Under the pieces are notes generated by a model that saw only the letters and a program-made list of their open reading frames with translations, had not been told where the DNA came from and made no database searches. Of a DNA stretch of 37,101 nucleotides, positions 31,980 to 37,101 are shown piece after piece. The translations under genes were made by a program, and so were the position numbers. Numbering within the stretch: position 1 is the first letter of the stretch; every line of letters begins with the position of its first letter. This DNA comes from a virus. Location: IMG/VR virus record IMGVR_UViG_3300021256_000038; one strand, written 5' to 3'.

Positions 31980-32387
31980 TTAATCTGTAAATTCTACTAC
32001 TATATTTATAATTGCTTTCTTTATGCTGTCGTTTTCTTCTGTCATTAGCTGTACAGCAGGCGATGACAGATTAACAATCATTATCCCATCTTCATATGGT
32101 ACGGTTGTACCACCTCTTTTTAAATCATCAACAATAGACTGTTGTTTTTCAACTAATGGTCCTATGCCTGTAAGCATTACATTGTAATGTATCTGCCCTG
32201 TCATATAACATAATTGGTCAAATAAGCCCAAAACAATATCATAGGTAATATAAGGCACACCTTTCTTTAAAAGGTCGCTACGTGCCTTTTCTGGCACATT
32301 TATTGATGGATATGCACTGATGCCATAAGAACTCCAGAATGTCTGTAAAGCACTTACTTTATCAGCGATAATATCTTCATTATTCAT
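31980..32387 (-). CDS. Tail completion/terminator-like protein.
   Basis: 135 aa, immediately upstream of the major tail gene. Confidence 0.45.
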   Translation of the reverse strand: MNNEDIIADKVSALQTFWSSYGISAYPSINVPEKARSDLLKKGVPYITYDIVLGLFDQLCYMTGQIHYNVMLTGIGPLVEKQQSIVDDLKRGGTTVPYEDGIMIVNLSSPAVQLMTEENDSIKKAIINIVVEFTD

Positions 32388-32736
32388 TAACAGGTATGCT
32401 CCATTCTTCTAATGTGGTGACTCGCATATCCAATTTAGAAATCTTTGGTGGCGTTGTATCATCACTATTTCCTGTGACTCTGAATATCTTGCCATCACGA
32501 TTTCTTTTAATTACATCATGGAAATTAAGATTGTATTTCTTTCTTGTTGTGAAATTATAAGTGACTGATAAGCCACTCGCCTGTGCAACAATGTTGCTGA
32601 TTGCACTTCCTTTTACTGCCACTCCCTCAATCACTGCACCATCGATATATTTGGTAGAAGTACCTCCATATTTATCATTGACAGTGATTCGGTTCATGAT
32701 AGTAAAAGGCTCCATTACTACATCTAACAGACTCAT
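32380..32736 (-). CDS. Head closure / head-tail adaptor protein.
   Basis: 118 aa within the connector gene block. It overlaps both neighbours. Confidence 0.5.
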   Translation of the reverse strand: MSLLDVVMEPFTIMNRITVNDKYGGTSTKYIDGAVIEGVAVKGSAISNIVAQASGLSVTYNFTTRKKYNLNFHDVIKRNRDGKIFRVTGNSDDTTPPKISKLDMRVTTLEEWSIPVNE

Positions 32737-33155
32737 ATTTTCTTGTATGCCTTTAACTCACTTTTAAACGCATCTTTCCATGTGTATTTGCCACCATTTG
32801 CACCTGTTCTTAGTTTATATGTATATCCCTCAAATGATTCTGATTCATAGATATTATCAGTGTTAGAACTATTGGTATCTGTCCAACCTTTAATTTCTTC
32901 TGATAGAGTAATCAGCTGTGGTGGTACATGCATTGTCCACACAGCACCATCAAAGATTTCATCTTTCAAATCATTTGTAGGGAATCTATAAACGCCATCA
33001 TTAAATGTACTTCCTATGATTCTGAAATACTGTCCTTGTTTGATTTCAAAAGAGGGCACAACTGCCCCATTCTCAATTTTAAATGTATCTAAATGAATAT
33101 CGGTTCTATCTTTGATAAACCAATTATGTAGATACTGACAAATCTCGGTAAGCAC
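32733..33155 (-). CDS. Head-tail connector protein (putative).
   Basis: 140 aa, by position only. Confidence 0.4.
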   Translation of the reverse strand: MLTEICQYLHNWFIKDRTDIHLDTFKIENGAVVPSFEIKQGQYFRIIGSTFNDGVYRFPTNDLKDEIFDGAVWTMHVPPQLITLSEEIKGWTDTNSSNTDNIYESESFEGYTYKLRTGANGGKYTWKDAFKSELKAYKKI

Positions 33156-33170
33156 TTTGTACCCTCCTTT

Positions 33171-33473
33171 TTATAGACTATTCAATTTTTCTAAAAGTGT
33201 AGCTTTATTCATGGACTGTTTAACATTCAATCCTTTTTCTTTAGCAATCTCCATCAACTGTACTTTATTCAAATTACTTAAATCTTTCTTAGGTTCTTCT
33301 TTAGGTTCTTCAATTAGCTTAATCAGTGGTTTTCCCTGTCGGTTGTTAGCACTTGATAATTCTTTGATACGGCTTTCGGTGACGTTCAGCCCCTTGCGAG
33401 GATAAACATCACCAACGTTGTAAAGCCAATTATCGTCCTGTAAATCTGTAAATAACTTAACTGTTATGTACAT
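33171..33473 (-). CDS. Head-module protein with a C-terminal HeH/Rho-N-like motif.
   Basis: 100 aa with LNKVQLMEIAKEKGLNVKQSMNKATLLEKL. A TAATG overlap couples it to the capsid gene. Confidence 0.55.
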   Translation of the reverse strand: MYITVKLFTDLQDDNWLYNVGDVYPRKGLNVTESRIKELSSANNRQGKPLIKLIEEPKEEPKKDLSNLNKVQLMEIAKEKGLNVKQSMNKATLLEKLNSL

Positions 33474-34333
33474 TAGGCACCTGTAATAGTACCGACAACG
33501 ATACCACCTAGCTGTTCTGGGAAGAACGCTACACCAGATACGGCTGTAACAAGGTCTGTTAAATTATCATAGTTTGGTTCTTCATGGATTCCGATATACC
33601 CTGTTTCATCTGTTGTAAAGTTGAAAGCATTTCCTGTGTCTGCACCATTAACTGCAACATAATATAAGATGATGTTATCTGATGCAGTACCATAAATTTT
33701 TCCTTTTTCTACAGATGAATTTAATACAACTGTACCTAATCCTAAGAAATTTTCGATATAAGATAACCCAAAAGCTGTCTGAATAGTTACATTAGCAGAA
33801 GCTAAATATTCAGCAATATCAAGAGGGTTCATGAAGTAGATAGTATTAACATCATCATCTTCAAATAATACAGCTAATTTTCCCCAGATACCTGCTAAAA
33901 CGCTCTGGAAAGTAGTACCAGTTACAGCAGTTGAACCTGTCTTTAACAAATCAAAGAAATCTTTTCTGATGCCTTTAGCAATGTCTTTTGACATCTGTGC
34001 ATTGGTATCTAATACAGCCTGATTGAAACCACGTTCTACAATGGTTTCATAAGTTGTACCTTTTCTCCACTTTTTGATAGTGATTTCTCCAACAGGTGTC
34101 TTAACTGTCTGATATTTAGATAGTGGGATAACTTCACCTTCTGCTACTTCACCATCTTCTAAAGTACCATTTACTTTATAAGTGTATAAAGTAGTGCCAG
34201 CCTGTTTTTCAACTTTTCTTGTTAAGGCTAATGCTTCTGTCAATTTCTTTAAAGTTTCTTCAAAAGTTAAAACAAATTCCTGTTCACGGACAACTCGTAA
34301 ATCAGTTTTCTTGATTAAATTTGTGTCTGCCAT
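33473..34333 (-). CDS. Major capsid protein.
   Basis: 286 aa, directly after the scaffold gene and downstream of strong promoters. Confidence 0.85.
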   Translation of the reverse strand: MADTNLIKKTDLRVVREQEFVLTFEETLKKLTEALALTRKVEKQAGTTLYTYKVNGTLEDGEVAEGEVIPLSKYQTVKTPVGEITIKKWRKGTTYETIVERGFNQAVLDTNAQMSKDIAKGIRKDFFDLLKTGSTAVTGTTFQSVLAGIWGKLAVLFEDDDVNTIYFMNPLDIAEYLASANVTIQTAFGLSYIENFLGLGTVVLNSSVEKGKIYGTASDNIILYYVAVNGADTGNAFNFTTDETGYIGIHEEPNYDNLTDLVTAVSGVAFFPEQLGGIVVGTITGA

Positions 34334-34335
34334 AA

Positions 34336-34947
34336 TTATTCTCCTTTGTTAAATAATTCTGGGTGCTCTGCTAACACTTTAACTCTTTCACCTCTGTCTT
34401 TGATTTTGTAAAAATCTTCTAGTGTCATGGTAGAACCACCACCAGCATTTGTTGGAGGTGTAGATGTGTTAGCACCTTTAGTTTCGGTAGCGACAATAAA
34501 ATCGCTCCATTCAGTCTTGATAGACTCTGTGAGTTTATCAGAATCCTTTAGTTTGCCATCATCGGTTAATTCTAGCTTTTCTAAGTCAGTGACTCTTAAC
34601 ACCGAATCAATACGCTTTGCAGAAACGCCAGCATCTTCCAATAATTTCCTGTAAGCATCTGTCTTTGATGCAGTTACCTTAGCATTATTGACCTGCTCTT
34701 TAAAGTCGTTAAATTCTTTTAACGTATCTTCATACTTTGATTTATAAGGGTCTTCACCATTCTTTGCGACAGATTCCTTTAAATCATTTAATTCTTTTTC
34801 AACTTTTTCTAGCTTATCACTATCTTCTTTGTAAATAGCGATTTTATTTTTTAAGCCGTTTACAGTCTCGGCATGAGATTCAATAATTTCATCGATTTTG
34901 TCCTGCTCAATGCCTAGAGCAGATAAAAATTTTCTTGTAAGTGCGAT
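34336..34947 (-). CDS. Scaffolding protein (GP20-like). There is no canonical start codon. The putative ATC start is at 34947.
   Basis: The frame is open from TGA 34953-34951. Hand translation gives (I)ALTRKFLSALGIEQDKIDEIIESHAETVNGLKNKIAIYKEDSDKLEKVEKELNDLKESV..., which continues into the track ORF 34336..34641. AAGGAGA lies 8 nt before the ATC. Confidence 0.7.
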   Translation of the reverse strand: MALTRKFLSALGIEQDKIDEIIESHAETVNGLKNKIAIYKEDSDKLEKVEKELNDLKESVAKNGEDPYKSKYEDTLKEFNDFKEQVNNAKVTASKTDAYRKLLEDAGVSAKRIDSVLRVTDLEKLELTDDGKLKDSDKLTESIKTEWSDFIVATETKGANTSTPPTNAGGGSTMTLEDFYKIKDRGERVKVLAEHPELFNKGE

Positions 34948-35011
34948 AAGTCATCTCTCCTTTTCTTCGGTTGCAGTTTCCTTAGCAAAAAACAACCACA
35001 CTATATAACAA

Positions 35012-35039
35012 ATTATAGCAAAAAAAGGAAAAAGTGCAA
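35012..35039 (-). promoter_or_regulatory. Strong promoter (TTGCAC, 16-nt spacer, TGcTATAAT) ahead of the scaffold and capsid genes.
   Basis: The minus strand reads ttgcactttttcctttttttgctataat. Confidence 0.65.
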
Positions 35040-35146
35040 TATCTGTACCGATATTACACAATTTCCCTTAAAGAGATGTTTGATTGATTGAAACCAAAAG
35101 CCACAAAAGAAAGCACCGTAGTGTCGTACCTTTTAGGTACAATTAC

Positions 35147-35174
35147 ATTATAGCATTTTGATGAAGCAATGCAA
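35147..35174 (-). promoter_or_regulatory. Second strong promoter (TTGCAT, 16-nt spacer, TGcTATAAT), about 135 bp upstream of the first.
   Basis: The minus strand reads ttgcattgcttcatcaaaatgctataat. Confidence 0.6.
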
Positions 35175-35177
35175 CAC

Positions 35178-35516
35178 TTATTTCATAAAAGATTCTAATT
35201 TATCTTTATATTCGACAAGATGTGTAGCCACCGAGTCTCTTAAGAAGTGTGCATGTCCAGATGGGTGGCTCTTACTATCATCAAATTCAACATATTTGCC
35301 ATATTCTACATTGGTTCCTACATACAACACCTTATCGTCTCCCTCGTCTGTTATCTCGGTTGTGATTGAATTTCTTAGGTTTCCTGTATCAACAGGACAT
35401 AGATTTTTAGCGTTGTTTTCAACTTCATTGGCTACTGCATGCATACCTTGATTTAACTTATTAAATATCTCCTGTTTGCAAGCATCGATGTTATCTGTAA
35501 TTTTAAAATCCATCAT
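35178..35516 (-). CDS. HK97 gp10-family protein.
   Basis: 112 aa counted from ATG 35516, which forms an ATGA overlap with the upstream stop and has GGGAGGAAATGGACAG upstream. The motif is AKNLCPVDTGNLRNSI...YVGTNVEYGKYVEF. Confidence 0.75.
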   Translation of the reverse strand: MMDFKITDNIDACKQEIFNKLNQGMHAVANEVENNAKNLCPVDTGNLRNSITTEITDEGDDKVLYVGTNVEYGKYVEFDDSKSHPSGHAHFLRDSVATHLVEYKDKLESFMK

Positions 35517-36439
35517 CTGTCCATTTCCTCCCATTCTTTCTTGGTATAGATATGTCTTAAGATTGTACATCGGCAATTCCAAGTTTCTTCTGGCTCTCCT
35601 GTTGGGTCTGCAGGACACATCAAGCCATTTGAAAAGGGTTCATCTACCAACACTTCTTCGCCATCTAATTCTGCATGGCTTTCTCTCGTTCTGTCGTCTG
35701 CCGTTGCAACCCATACTTTTGTACATACAACATCATTATCTTCATCAATCTTTTGTATTGCATCTAATCGCCCTTTATTTTGAGCATATGTAATCATTGT
35801 ACGAGCATTCCTTACTGCTGATTTCCTATCCATCGTGCTAATAGTTTGTAATCTTTTAGCCAATTCTTTAGGGTGTTCTCCCTTTTTGATTGACTGCAAT
35901 AACTGTGAATTGATAGCCTTGATGTTCCATTTCATGTCTTTATCAATATCCAAATCCTTTACTAAAGGCAGAAAAGATTTATCTGCATTCTTGATAAGAT
36001 TATTGATAACATTTTCATCAATCAAATCAAACTTGATGCCACCTATCTTGAAATCCTTGATTGTATTCTTGCCAATGAAATTGTAGTTCTTGGTATATAT
36101 CTTCCCTACAAAATTATTGACAATATCCAACGCACCTTTATTAACATCTGCTATCTTTCTTGCTACTTTATCGAGCATCTTCTTATATCTGTCGCTTAAT
36201 ATTGTCTTACTGAAAAGATAGCTTTCATATGCCTTTGTTGTCTTTTCAATCAAAACCTTATCTCCAACCTTTTTAGCATCTTCTTTATCTTTTATCAGTG
36301 CTTCTACTTCTGGCTCCATATCATCAATATATTTGCTCCAATCGGTAATACCAAGCCATGCCACTGCATAATACTTCCCAATCTTCTTTTCTAGCTCTTT
36401 TATCTGCTTATCAGTCCACTTGTGGGCTTTATCTGGCAT
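35513..36439 (-). CDS. Head morphogenesis protein (SPP1 gp7 / phage Mu F-like).
   Basis: 308 aa with RNARTMITYAQNKGRLDAI and VWVATADDRTRESHAELDGEEV. It follows the portal gene. Confidence 0.8.
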   Translation of the reverse strand: MPDKAHKWTDKQIKELEKKIGKYYAVAWLGITDWSKYIDDMEPEVEALIKDKEDAKKVGDKVLIEKTTKAYESYLFSKTILSDRYKKMLDKVARKIADVNKGALDIVNNFVGKIYTKNYNFIGKNTIKDFKIGGIKFDLIDENVINNLIKNADKSFLPLVKDLDIDKDMKWNIKAINSQLLQSIKKGEHPKELAKRLQTISTMDRKSAVRNARTMITYAQNKGRLDAIQKIDEDNDVVCTKVWVATADDRTRESHAELDGEEVLVDEPFSNGLMCPADPTGEPEETWNCRCTILRHIYTKKEWEEMDR

Positions 36440-36445
36440 TTATCA

Positions 36446-37101
36446 TCACTCCTTAACAGGTTCTTCTGGCTCATTTGTTTCTGGTTCCTTTGGTGTAACA
36501 AATCTGTCAGACTCGTCTCTTGTCAATGCATCTAAAATAGTCTCGATTTCATCATTAGATAAGAACGGTAAATGAGTCAAGATTGTTTTGGTATCAAGAT
36601 ACTGTGCACACGATAGAACCATCTGAGTTTCTTCCTGCTGGTTAACAATTCTAGAACGTGTAAATTTAGGTGTATCTTCTACACTGATTAAATGCAGAAT
36701 CTGTTTAATGAACGTGCTTACGCAATATTCAAATGAATCAGTTTTATTGTCCAGTGGTCCATATGAAGCCTTGATTGCAGTTGCAGTAACATTGGAAGAA
36801 ATCTGCGACATATTCAAGGCCATAAAATCATTATACAAATCATTCTCCAATCTATCCAAATATGCAACTCTTGATTGATAAGGTACGTCCATTGTATGTG
36901 CTTCTGCCTGTTCATCATCATCAAAAGCATATGCCTTGACGGTTTTCATACGCTGTACAAACTGAGCCAAGTCTACATCGTCCATGCCACCTGCATTCTT
37001 GATTGTCCAATAAATCATTGATGCATCGTCCAAATCATTAGCGAAACCAGAACGAATCAAATCGTAAGCGTCTATTTCATCACGTCTGCCATGTAGTTCA
37101 C
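36446..37101 (-). CDS. Portal protein, C-terminal part. It is continuous with 1-842 through the circular junction, and 36975-37101 duplicates 1-127.
   Basis: The track ORF 36446..37060 starts at an internal TTG. Upstream the frame stays open to the window edge and reads ...YDLIRSGFANDLDD, identical to the left-edge translation. Confidence 0.85.
   Translation of the reverse strand, partial: ELHGRRDEIDAYDLIRSGFANDLDDASMIYWTIKNAGGMDDVDLAQFVQRMKTVKAYAFDDDEQAEAHTMDVPYQSRVAYLDRLENDLYNDFMALNMSQISSNVTATAIKASYGPLDNKTDSFEYCVSTFIKQILHLISVEDTPKFTRSRIVNQQEETQMVLSCAQYLDTKTILTHLPFLSNDEIETILDALTRDESDRFVTPKEPETNEPEEPVKE
36975..37101. repeat. Right copy of the 127-bp terminal duplication.
   Basis: Identical to bases 1-127. 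Confidence 0.9.

Noticed and set aside
1-37101. A prophage with att sites and a lysogeny module, with the 127-bp repeat read as attL/attR or as true direct terminal repeats.
   Set aside because: I found no integrase, recombinase or CI/Cro-like pair. The repeat sits inside the portal ORF and restores its frame when the ends are joined, so it is a circularisation overlap.

Overview
This window looks like a complete, circularly closed dsDNA tailed-phage genome of about 36,974 bp. It is siphovirus-type, and the host is probably a low-GC Gram-positive bacterium, judging by strong AGGAGG ribosome-binding sites and XkdX, DnaD-like and holin genes. Bases 1-127 are identical to 36975-37101, so the portal gene is split across the two window edges. 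Almost everything is on the minus strand. In transcription order the genes are terS, terL, portal, head morphogenesis, an HK97 gp10-like gene, scaffold, capsid, connector genes, major tail, chaperone (-1 frameshift), tape measure, Dit, Tal-like, fibre, XkdX, holin and endolysin. An early block follows: sigma-like regulator, ERF, NinB-like, Ref-like HNH, HTH, a DnaD-like initiator with internal iterons, a DnaC-like loader, C5-MTase, DUF1064, SSB, MazG-like and many tiny translationally coupled ORFs. The strand ends with dUTPase and an R-less type I-like methyltransferase. Only one six-gene cassette (6653-9002) is on the plus strand. I saw no integrase, CI-like repressor, tRNA, rRNA, CRISPR array or reverse transcriptase. 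The most interesting observations are: (1) a 318-aa intein in the nuclease motif of TerL, whose homing endonuclease is a separately translated HNH ORF overprinted in another frame while the TerL frame stays open; (2) a GC-rich, DGR-variable-region-like tip on the tail-fibre gene with adjacent hairpins but no template repeat or RT anywhere in the genome; (3) the plus-strand cassette of unknown function; (4) an S-M-S split type I-like methyltransferase; (5) a consensus early promoter followed by an operator-like palindrome and a UUCG-loop terminator ahead of the first early gene; (6) a scaffold gene with no canonical start codon; (7) an apparently circularly permuted CHAP endolysin. All family assignments are by-eye motif recognition, because no searches could be run.
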